A DNA stretch of 63,702 nucleotides, filler included, from Psammoneis japonica (Eukaryota), in the NCBI GenBank assembly GCA_008632985.1. It is 4 parts of 4 records of this genome, joined end to end, with 100 filler letters (N's around TTAATTAATTAA, not from the genome) between each part and the next. Parts side by side here need not be neighbours in the genome. Positions count along the whole stretch, not along the records: positions 40,492 to 60,607 come from QPGO01000453.1; positions 60,708 to 63,702 come from QPGO01000578.1; 2 more parts are not named here. The stretch is one strand, 5' to 3'. Positions 50,601 through 61,195 of this stretch are shown here, in pieces; the first letter of the stretch is position 1, and the number at the start of each line of letters is the position of its first letter. The position numbers were made by a program, and so were the translations under genes. The notes under the pieces are model-generated. The model was given only the letters and a program-made list of their open reading frames with translations. It was not told the origin of the DNA and did not search any database.

Positions 50601-51294
50601 AACCAGTGAGCATCCCTCGTGAGGTGACACTTTGCAACTCACCGCTCGTCGCGAACATCATCATTGTTGCTCGTGCTTTTGTCGTGTCATTTTCTGTCGC
50701 GACCCATCAAAAGCACGTAAAAACCCGGAAAAGACATGCGAAAAAAATGAGCCGACGGCCCGCCTTAAAAATGACTGTGGGATTTTGAAGAAACCCATGA
50801 GTGAGCGAAATCCACAGGCGAATGCCACAGTGGAACGTGTGCACCAGACACTTGGCAACATGGTGCGTTCCTTTTCAGCACAGGATGTGGAACTGGACAA
50901 AGATGACCCATGGAGTGGCATCCTCTCCACAGCAGCCTTTGCCATTGTAGCTGCGGCACACACGACCACGCGTGCAAGTCCCATGCAATTGGTCTTTGGA
51001 CGCAATGCGGTTTTGTCTGTTGCCCATCGTGCCAAGTGGAAGCACATAGAAACCAGAAAGCAGAAGCTCATCCACTTAAATGACAAGCATGAAAATCAGA
51101 AACGCAAGGAGTGTCAATGTGCCGCAGGGCAATTGGCACTTGTCAAACAGGAACAATCCTCTAAATGCGGTTCTGACAGCTGTGCAGGACCCGCCAGAGT
51201 TGTCTGTGCACATGACAATGGCATGTTGCGCATCCAGAATGGAGCGCTGATGGATGCGTACAATCTACGGCAGATTGTGCCCTGTCACCAGTGA
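47666..51294 (+). pseudogene. pol: Gypsy-2 pol (PR-RT-RH-IN), integrase split by a MITE
   Basis: LLDSGAS, HLDD, HADAS, HPGE..CVKC..C, TMIDPATGW, YDRGTEF, then after the MITE NPQANATVER. Confidence 0.93.
50362..50764. mobile_element. MITE, 403 bp, ~30-bp imperfect TIR (GG..CC termini), TTAA target (Kolobok-like ends)
   Basis: Left gggggaccgccgacctatttttt versus right reverse complement ggcgggccgtcggctcattttttt; flanks TCAA/TTAA; removal restores QMIKND. Confidence 0.8.
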
Positions 51295-51311
51295 GACATT
51301 CTGTCACTCAA

Positions 51312-52615
51312 GTGGGCGCACCGGAGTTTTTGGCCCGTTCACTTTCTACGTGGCCTGGCACAACCCAAATCTGTGTAGATTCAGTGCATTTTGCCCTGTG
51401 GAACAGTTTTTGGGAGTGTTTTCTGGCTCGCGGCTCAAAACAACACGCAAAATGACACGGACAATGGCGTTTCACCGATTTGAAAAATACGATCGTCTCT
51501 GAGGTTGGAACCTGTGTGCTCTCAACGGAATCTGGTGCGTCACATCATAAGATGTGAGACAAGCTTGAGAACATCCAGGTTCATGTGGGTGGATCATGGT
51601 GTAATTTTGACCTGAAGATTGGTGTTGATGCCGCCGCTTTTGTTGCATCAACACGCAGCTTATGCATCACCATTCATGCTGTGCATTTCGTTGAGCACTC
51701 ACACGTTCAAATTCTTTCAACTTGCACACATGTTCTCTTTCCTCATTGTTGTTTTGTTCTGCAGGGTCTCCCTTGCCATGAGCCATCCCTGAGAGAGAAA
51801 TGCTTGCTTTGAATGTCACTTCTACCTTGCAACGGCCACGGCAGTCTTACGACAAGTCCAAGTCACAGATGCAGCATCAGGATGACTTCATGTCAACAGC
51901 TCAGATTTGTCGTCGAGCAATTTTGCCGCGCATTTGACGTGCATCCAGAAGGTGATGCGGAGTTTTGTTCGACAGAGAAACGCACCATGGCAATTGTGAA
52001 GGGGTGGATTGTTTCTTTGTTCTGTGGGGCAGTTTACAAACTAGAAACATGTGACTCATTTGCCTGCATTGTCAGCCAATGCAATAAATTTTGAGGGTGA
52101 AAGCTGGTGCACCGTGCACAAACAGCGAACCAAGCCTCAAAAGTGCAGCAGGCCAGCTAGAGAGTTTACGCCAATGGGAAGAACTAGCTTTGCTGTTCAT
52201 CATGGGACAGCAGATTTTATTTCATTGGGGCAACAAGTCTCCATTGCTGTTCTAGAGTGACCAGCATTGGTTTGGCCGTTGCAGCCTTCATGCATGCCCG
52301 CCTCTTGACAATCTGTTTTATTCTGAGATTGTGCAATGAAAAAACCTTTGTTTGCAACATTCCATCACAAGAGAGAGCTCACCAGCTTTGCTTGGCCCTT
52401 TGAAGTGATCAGGCAAGTGAAAGAGGAGCCAACAGAAAGACGCCAACGACGACAACGAACGACACCATTTTGATGCACTGTCGTCTGGTGGTGCAGTGTC
52501 GTTGATGGAGTGCCGTGCTTTCTGTTTTGCACTGCTTCTGTGCAGGAATGTACGTGCTTGGCTCTTGGGCAGTTCCTGCATAAAAAGGGCACCAGGCCAT
52601 CTCCGGACCGCCCTC
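51312..52615. mobile_element. 1.3-kb non-autonomous TIR element, TTAA target, G(A/T)G..CTC ends (Sola3-like)
   Basis: Left gtgggcgcaccggag versus right reverse complement gagggcggtccggag; flanks TCAA (51308-51311) and TTAA (52616-52619); sits between the Gypsy-2 pol stop and PPT. Confidence 0.65.
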
Positions 52616-52641
52616 TTAACGGCCCTGATCATGGGGGAGTG

Positions 52642-53073
52642 TGCAGTGTGCCTCGCCACTGGACAACACGGCGAGACCGTGCACAAGCCTCTTGTGCGTG
52701 ACAACGCAGTGTTGTCAACACGTGCCTGGGAAGCACGACCACAGGAGGGTGTGGCTCTAGATCTTAGGCAATTCCAGAAGGATGCTAAGAGAGCATCCGT
52801 GTGAAGCACACTGGCCCGTCGTCTGGCCAACGATGGCAGCGTGATTCCACATGATGACATCACTCGTGCACAGCGCGTGATGGCTTGATTCGCATGATCC
52901 ATGATGCGAACGCATGATCGATTTGATGCGATCCAAATGCGAACGAATGGGGATTTGGCAAGATTCCCCACTCGCATGATCCCATTTTCTCTGCTCTAAA
53001 CCAGCTCATAATTTTCACAACGACAAAGTCGTGACACATCTTCTTTTTCAGCGCCTGGCACATGCACAGGGCA
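52642..53073 (+). repeat. 3' LTR of Gypsy-2
   Basis: Direct repeat of 46060-46491, preceded by the PPT. Confidence 0.95.
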
Positions 53074-56000
53074 CATGCCATCAAGCATCTCTTCCGCTGT
53101 CACCAGACCAAACTCAGAAGTTGTCCAGTCTCGTCATGCAAAGAGAGCTTCATCAATGGCAGGACAGGTGGGGTCAAATGCCATCTCGGTGTTGTGATGC
53201 CTCTTGAGATGCACAAAGATGTGGCACACCTGGTCGAGGTGCCCTTCTCGCAGCATGGCCAAGTGCAACAACATCATGGACACCTCAAGACAAATGTCGA
53301 CATGCCCCAGCTCAACCATCCAGTGCAGGACACCAATGAGCAATTGACAGTGTGCAGCATCAGTCAGAGTCAATTCCTTGCTCGTGTCATGCTCAGGATG
53401 ATGCGAGCTGCTGAGCGGGGTTGGAGCCTTGGCAGGCAACTTCAAACCCTTCGACTCCAGAAAAGTCTCGACATTCTCAACCAATGCTTGAGCATGCTGG
53501 GAGGAACTGAATGCCCATGCTTTGGCCCCATTCTCAAGTTCCACCTTTCGCAGGTGTCCTCCAAGGCACAGACTTGGAGGTCCGATTGATGACTCCTTCA
53601 GTGGGAAGAACTTGCCAATCTCCCCTTGTAGAATCTCCTCTGCATTGTTGGAGATACACAGAACATCGTCAGTGTACATCAGGGTCAGCCTTGCAAGGCT
53701 TGAAACCAAGATGGGACATGCACGCACGCAGATGATTCCGGAAATCTCATCCCGCTGACTTGCCACCACACAGAGCCCGACGAATGAGGCCTTGCTTGCC
53801 AACATTCTCGAGACCAAACTCTGGGCCACATGTGATGCAGTGCTTTTGGGATGAGGGAGCCTGAAGGCACGCATTCTGAATGTCCGCTGCCATCATGTCA
53901 ATGTTGTTCAAGGCAGCGTACGTCAGGGCAACACGCACACTTTCCCCAGAGACAATGCCAGCGTACGTCAACCCTTCGGGACTTGAAGTCTTGTGTCCAT
54001 CAAGGACCCATCTAGCCTTCCTAGCCATGGTCATCTTAACATCAAAAGTCAGGTGACCTGACTGTTTGGACCAACCAACAGGAGTCGGAGTGTCATCATC
54101 CAGGATCTCAAATGCAACACCCACGTCACGCATCTCCTTCTCGATTGCCAGTGCCCAAAGTTTGTTGCCATTCTGGCGGTCAAATTCAAGTGCCTCTCCA
54201 ACTGTCCCAGGAAGTTTGACTCCACACTTGTGCGTCACACGTTGCACACGCACCTTGACTGCAGATACGATGACATCTCGCTTGCAAAGGGTGTGCGGCA
54301 TCCACCATCAAAAAGCCGGTTCATTGTCGATGCCTCGGGCTTTGGCAAATTCCGCAGTCTCCACTGGGTGCAATTCCTTCATGTCCTTCAGGGAGACCCA
54401 AGACTCGGTCCCATCCTTCCACAGAACTAGGAATTTCCAACCGCACATTGTCTTGTGCAACCGTTTCTGCTTGCCAACCTTGGCGCACATGTTGTCTTTG
54501 GTCACTGCTGCATCATCTTTGGCGAAATCGAGTGTGCTGTCAAAAACATTGAGAGTGCAGCCCTCCCAGTCAACTTGAGAGAGCAAGTTCTCAGCTGTGA
54601 CGTTGGCGGCATGTTCCTTCACCTCCCCATCAGGAAACTCGACTTTGTAAACCAAAGTGTTCATGATCGGGTTGTCATTGTGCGTGTCAACCGATCAACC
54701 ATCTGGATCCACAGACCGGCCAATTACGCGGACCTGCTGGAGCTTGTCACCCTGAGGCAGAGCAACCTCAGCATGGATGAGTTGGTCACACAAGGGGGTT
54801 GGATTGATGGCATTCCCAGTGGCATCAACTGGGTCATCAAATTCAGGTTGATCTCTGGGCTTTTCATCTGCATCCCGATGCGGAAGGAACTGCTTGCCTG
54901 CAGAGGACACGGAACAAGCTGCAGAGCCCCAGCGTGATTCAATGCACTGGTCAAAAATCTCACGCTTGCATTTCTCAGTGTCGCTGTTCAACTCAGCAAC
55001 TGAAAGGGGTCAGACGGAATGTCGTGGCACAACATTGCCATTGCCCTTCAGCACCCACTGAGCCATGTCGTTTCCTTCTCCTTTCACAAGGCCTGGCACA
55101 CGCCCGAGTGCCTTGCGATCAAATGGAAAGGGATTGGTGTGCTCACGGAAGTGGCACCATTCATGCCATCCAAATTGAGCAAGGTTGGACATGTTGCCTT
55201 CTTCCCCTGTCACAGAGAAGTGCGGGTTCCTCTCCTCAAGTTGGAACAGGTTCCGGGCTGTCAAGTTGTTGGTTCTTGCCTGTCACTCAAAGCAGCAGTC
55301 CCAGAAAGGCAAAGGGCACAAGGACTCTTTCATGTCCTTGTGTGCCACCTCCTTGAGCAAGCCAATGTGCAGTTCAGCACAATTCGACAGCAGCCCAAGG
55401 CTGGCTCCAATGGAGTGGAGAAATTGTTGAATCTCATCAGACTTCTGTGCTGGGTCACTGTCACATGCAATTGCCTCCGGTGCACCCACTTCCTTGGCAA
55501 ACATCTTGAGTGCCTGAGGTGTCTCAGATCAAGCACACATGGGCACCACATGAACGAAGCCCTTTGTCAGCAACAAACAACTGCATGCATGAGTGTCCTC
55601 GTGTGGACTTCCCAGCCTTCTTGCTTGCAAAGAAAGCATCCATGAAGAAATGCTGGGCAATTCGTCAATGCTGCAGCATCCTGTTGTTTGTTGAACAGTT
55701 CCTTGAGAAAGCTGGGTCTTGGGTGCGTCAAAGGAGTTGAGTGGTGTTGTCCATGGTCCGCTCTGCATCCTTGGTGCTGATTCTCCAGATCTTGGACAAG
55801 TGTTCTGGAGATGCCCCCTTAGACTTGGAGGCAGTGGTTCCTCCAACATGGACCTCGGGATCAGATTCAAAATGCTCCACAAGATGGTCAACAATGTCTT
55901 CAAGTTGGACATCCTCGAAAATGTCAAAATCAACATTGTCATTCTGACCCGAATCATCTTGAAGTCCTGCCGTTGTGGATCCTACAGAGGATGCAAAAAC

Positions 56001-57798
56001 GCCAATGTCGCGGCAGTCCTGTGGACCTTTGGCAAGTGAGATGGGATCAAGAGTAGCCGAGATGTCACACATGACGGCATGGGAGTTGTCAGCCTCCCGC
56101 ATGACTCCTGTGCATCCACTCAGGTCATCACAAGCCTCAAAGCGATCAATGGCCGACAACTTGGAGTCAACAATTCCGGACTCAACACTTGACATCATCA
56201 ATGACAGCCGCAGGTCCTCGTCTTCATCAGGCAGGTCTTCAACCAAAATCCTGATCCAATCACGTTTGTCCGACATGTTCCCTTCCCAGTCCAACATGCT
56301 TTCCTCATTCTGAGCACAGGAATCCGAGTGGGGATTCCACAAGTGCCCAGATGGAGTCAGGACCAGGACGTCATCAGTGTCTTGCATTTCTTCCATCATT
56401 GGTCATCTGGATGGAAAGCACGAGAACACACCCCACAGAGACAGTGGGATCCTAACCTTCAAGTCCGGGAACACAAGGGCATGATTGTCCTCTGTTGGTT
56501 CCCGTCCTTGGACTTGTGTCTTGGGAACATCGTTGACAATCACCCCTGCTTCATGCAGCACAAAGGGTGGCAACAGATTGTGGTCCATTGCCGGAACATG
56601 CAGGGCATTGTGCAGGACCAACAAGTGGGTTTTCAGGGAGTGCGGACAGTCGCATGCCAAGAGAGCGTCAACTGTTCTCACATCTTTCATCAACTCATGC
56701 TCTGGACTGAAAGGACTGACTTGAGCTGTGCGACCGGTGTTGTTCAGCACACAGGACCCCTTGCCAACCACAACCATGTTAGCGTGAGAATCCAGTTCGG
56801 TGCATGTTTCACTCTCATTGCAAGTCTCTTTGCTTGTCTCTGCAGTGACATCAGAGACTGCACAGTGAGCAACAAATTGATTGGGAATCAGCGACTGCGA
56901 TTCCATGGCACAGATGGCACATTTTCTCCCCTCAAGCAAGGAGACATTGGAGCACAGCACCATCCCGTTGTTTCATTTCTTGTTGCTGGCACGCCGCAGG
57001 ATCGACTGCAACGTCACCAAGGGTGGCTTGAACTGAACCACCGAGGCTTGCGCCGGGGCTGGTGTCACCGTCGGTGGTGGTGGAGGAGGCAGCGACACGG
57101 TGGCTGGAGCCGAATTTGATGCCGCCTGAACAAAGGAAAGGAGGCAAGTGCCTGCCTTGGCATCATCAGACTCAGTGTTGGCCTTTTCATCTTTCTTCTT
57201 GTAAGAAGCTAGCTCGGAGGCCACAGCTTCCGAGATCATCTTCTTGATCTTCTTCTGCGAACCAGCCGGTTGTGTCTTGTGCTTGCCCTCTTTCTTCTTC
57301 ATGGCAGAAGAACCCTCTGAGGAGTGCCATTCTTTCAGTTCGGCTTTCTGGTCAGAGTTCAATTGTCGACACTCAGAATGAGTGTGGCAGCATAACTCCA
57401 CACCAGATTTGCCAATCCCAGACTTAATGGCACCAGAAACTTCAGTGTGAGGCCATTTGGCAGCTCGTTTCTTGGCCACAGGGTCACAGGGCAAGAGGTG
57501 TGCCGCCGCTGCCTCGAAGTCACTGCGTTTTCCATTTGGTCCTGTGTCATTGCGGACCAGAGCCATCACGGCCTGCAGTGGAGCATTGGAGGTCTCGATG
57601 GCATCCAACAGGTGCGTGACTCTCGTGCACTCGTTCAGGAGCTGGAAGGTGACATGCTCAGCACACTGCTGCATGGAGACAAAGGCATTGCGGTGCTGAG
57701 AGACAAAGCGGTCAAGGGAGAAATTCAATTGGGCTTTCCACTTCTGAGTGTGGATGAAGTCCTCCTGCTTCTTAAATTCAGCTGCCCATTTATCCTTG

Positions 57799-58177
57799 TG
57801 CACTGTGCTCGAAGAAAAAGCACAAACGAAAGTAGAGTCAAGCATGAAAAGTGAAAATTATGAGAATTATTTCTGTGCAATCATTTTGGGTTTCTCCGAA
57901 CGAGTTCTCAATGGCCTAAAGCATTTGCACTGTCCCTGCAGACAAGAGGCCTTTCGGAGAATAAGATCGTGACAACAGATTGTCCGGATACGATTGACAT
58001 TGACACATGAGATGTCAACATCATCGTACGATCGCACTTGCCTTTTTCGACATCCGATCAACTCTGTGTGATTGATCTGTCCTTCGTACGAACCCACGAT
58101 TGACGTGCGATTGAAATGTCAACTTGTTTAACACATGGACACACATGTGCATGACGCACACAACAACGCACATTGCA
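57799..58177 (-). repeat. 3' LTR (379 bp) of Gypsy-3
   Basis: Homologous to 35922-36300. Confidence 0.88.
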
Positions 58178-59248
58178 CTCGCCTCCCTAATTGCACATTA
58201 GAGTCAGTTGTTAAACGGCGTTGTTCGACGGATGTTGACAGTGTCAATGACGTCACCGCGTTTGATCTGCACTGTGCCATCAGTGTGCACCGTTGTCATT
58301 GCATGCGGTCCAACATGGGGCTGTTCTAATTTCTGCGAGTCTTTTTCGAGTGGCATCTTCTCTCCCACTCTGCACGTGTGAGGAGTGTGCCGAGCATTCT
58401 CTTGAGCATTGTTTTTATTTATGATTTCTTGTTTTCGCTGCTGGATTAATTTCCAGTCTGCAACATGTTGGACGTTAAATGTCATGTCTCTGTTAAAGAC
58501 CAATTGTCCAGGTGCAGCTTGCGCAGCAGTGTGATGCGCAGAACGCACTGCAAATGCTGCTGCTGATGACATTCCAGCGAAAGGATCCTCAGCATCCAGA
58601 GGTGTGTGTTGCAAATCAAGTGCACGGATCATGTTTCCGAGCACTTGATGCATGTGCTCAATGATTGCATTTGCTTGTGGATTTCGTGCAGTTGCAGGCT
58701 TGACTCCAATGCCACAATCAGCTTGCACCATGTCTTTAAATTGGTGTCCGATGAACTCACTTCCACGATCACAAGCAATTGACGATGGCCAAGGGCATCT
58801 GCTTGACCATGTTTGTTCTAACAGTCCAGCTGCAGTTGTGGATTCCTCATTTGGAATTTCCACAACTTCAAACCATCCGGTTGCCGGATCAATCATTGTC
58901 AAACACTTCAAGACTGGGGGTTCTTTCTCCCCCTCATGACGCATTTTGTATGGTCCAATGAGATCCACACACAGTCGTTCCCATGGCACTGATTCTGTGC
59001 ACTTGGGAGGTAAATGTCCACATTTTTTGTGTTTCTTTTTTGAATTTCTGGCACGTCTCACATTTTGACACGTGTTTTTGCATGTCTTCACGCAAGGCAG
59101 ACCACCACAAGTGTTGTGAGATTGTTTCTTCTGCTCGATTTATGCCAGGGTGAAGAAGGTGCACATGACACCAGTCTGTCACTGTTTTTTGTAACGTCTT
59201 TGGAACGACGATTTTATCCTTGTGACATGTGAGCAACCGGTCTCGCTC

Positions 59249-59638
59249 GACGGGTTCCAGTCCCAGGTGGGACTTTTTGTGACATTTGCCCCGTAGAATT
59301 CTACGTGCGAGCTCTGTAGTTCGTACTCTGGTTGATGGACACACTTGTCTTTGACATGAAATAAATGGCCAAGTTTGCAGTGCATGTGCCTCTGTTTGTA
59401 CTCAAAGTTTTGGACAACACGCCTGCCCTGCGCCATTCTTAAGACACTCGAGAATGGCGTAGAAGAAAAAAAATGTTAAAAGTTGCTGAATGGATCGCCT
59501 GACATTTGTGCTATAAAATGATGCAAAATTTCGCCAAAATCACGTAGAAATCTACGTGCGCGACATACGACGCGATTCAAAAAACTGTCGATGTCACAGT
59601 TCAGCAGTACGAGGTCCCACCTAGACCTGGAACGCGTC
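59249..59638. mobile_element. MITE, 390 bp, same family as 30580-30975, TSD GCTC
   Basis: GACGGGTTCCAG...CTGGAACGCGTC; GCTC at 59245-59248 and 59639-59642; removal restores TFRGGERDRLL. Confidence 0.92.
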
Positions 59639-59869
59639 GCTCGCCTCCACGAAAAGTCTTCGCATGAAAGGTTTTATCAGACAATTTGGAGAGAATGTCT
59701 TCACCCCGTTTTTGTTCAGCATCAAGAACTTTGTAATTTAACGGAAAGACATTGTCGTAGGATTTTGGTGGGATTTTTTCAGCTGACTCTTCTGTGCTGA
59801 AGTTTTCCACAGGTTCCATTTTTTTCATGTGTCCCAAAGACGTCATCTTCAATGTCGTATTTTTAAGTG

Positions 59870-59985
59870 ATGTCAAGTGCATGCATGTCATGTCGCATGA
59901 TGTCATGTCACACAAAATGATGTGACACAACATCACATGATGCAATGTGACATGACATGATGTGAGATGACACAGCAGATGACGA
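59870..59985. repeat. Low-complexity ~5-nt periodic repeat (atgtc/atgac/atgat)
   Basis: atgtcatgtcgcatgatgtcatgtcacac...gtgacatgacatgatgtgagatgac. Confidence 0.7.
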
Positions 59986-60607
59986 CATTGTAAACACACC
60001 TTTCTTCTTGTGCCTTTTGGCTTTTCCTTTCACTCGGACATTGAGAGCCTCGGGCAAAAACTCACCAGACATGACAAACAAGGTCGCAATGAAGTTGTTC
60101 CCAACCATTGAAGAGTGCTCCATGCTACAAAGGAAAAGGTCACAGGAAAGAAGAAGCATCACGTGCACCATGAAAAAGAAAGGATCTGGGACAGCTTTGG
60201 AGCTTTGCCGCGTGCGTGACGTTGCATTTGTTGAGATGGACACACAGGACAGCCGTGCGCGACGTTGCATTTGTTGAGACAGGACAAATTGAGCTTTGGC
60301 TCAGCACTGGTTCAGCAAAAATCAATTGCCCTTTGGATGCTGGTTCAGCAAAAAATGTCTTGGTTCAGCACTTTGTCACTTGTGGTTTTTGAATCATTGT
60401 AATTTTATTCTTTTGTTGTTGAGAGACAACAGTGTGTCTTTAGAGATGATGCGCTTCATGTTTTTGAAGGCTTTTTGTTCTGTTTCGGTCCACTGCCACT
60501 TCACTTGGGTTGAGGTGAGTTTGGCCAAAGGAGTTAAATCAAGGGATGTCGCACACATGAAACCTTTGAGTTTCTGTGGCATGTCCTGAATGTTGGGCAG
60601 AGGAAAC

Positions 60608-60707
60608 NNNNNNNNNNNNNNNNNNNNNNNNNNNNNNNNNNNNNNNNNNNNTTAATTAATTAANNNNNNNNNNNNNNNNNNNNNNNNNNNNNNNNNNNNN
60701 NNNNNNN
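60608..60707. other. Artificial contig spacer
   Basis: N44-TTAATTAATTAA-N44. Confidence 0.98.
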
Positions 60708-61195
60708 TGGCATTGTGTCATTTGCACCACACTTGCATCATGCTCTGCTCAACTGCTGCGGGGTTGGCAACTGCTGCTTGATTGGCAACTGCTGCGTGAT
60801 TGGCAAAAAGCAATTTAGAGCCCGTGTCTTGCATGTGTCACACACACATCATGCCAGTTTGGCATGGTGTCGTTTGCATCGTGCATGTGTCATGCTCCAC
60901 TCTGGGTGGGCATCAACACAAGTTGGCATGGTGTCGTTTGTGTCATGCATGCACCATGCTCCACCATGGGTGGGGAAAAAGTTGGCAGTGCCGTTTGCAG
61001 TTAAAAAGATGCAAAAAAGTTGAAGTTTTGATTCCTGCAAGGTGTGCGGTGCCGGCGGGTGTTTCCCCTTGTGCGAAGTGCAATTCTGAAAGTGACGAAT
61101 GTGCGCATGTCAGCATGTGCTGTGCCAGGCATCGTCGCATCCCTTTTCTTTCACACTGGGTTGTTTCCCAAGACTGCCTGTGGATTTCATGCACA

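Larger units (their letters stand above)
46060..53073 (+). mobile_element. Full-length Gypsy-2, 432-bp LTRs, 4-bp TSD CATG, carrying two TIR insertions
   Basis: LTRs 46060-46491 and 52642-53073; CATG at 46056-46059 and 53074-53077; PPT gggggag near 52633-52639; removal restores Copia-3 ...EEMLDG-M-PQARG. Confidence 0.95.
45649..57798 (-). mobile_element. Copia-3 (a second CoDi-like lineage); internal region only, host of Gypsy-2, Copia-2 and Gypsy-3
   Basis: gag 57798-56973; PR ELDSHAN (~56795); IN ~55730-55000; RT ADIQNACL, RALCGG, YTDD at 54100-53078; RH FVDADHA, SSFGSEF, GDDQSV at 46059-45649. Confidence 0.88.
57799..60607 (-). mobile_element. Gypsy-3 (same family as Gypsy-1): 3' LTR, integrase and deleted RT remnant; inserted in Copia-3 gag
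   Basis: LTR 57799-58177; PPT agggagg near 58182-58188; IN ORF 58204..59091; linker to ~59830; RT pieces at 60420-60607. Confidence 0.88.
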
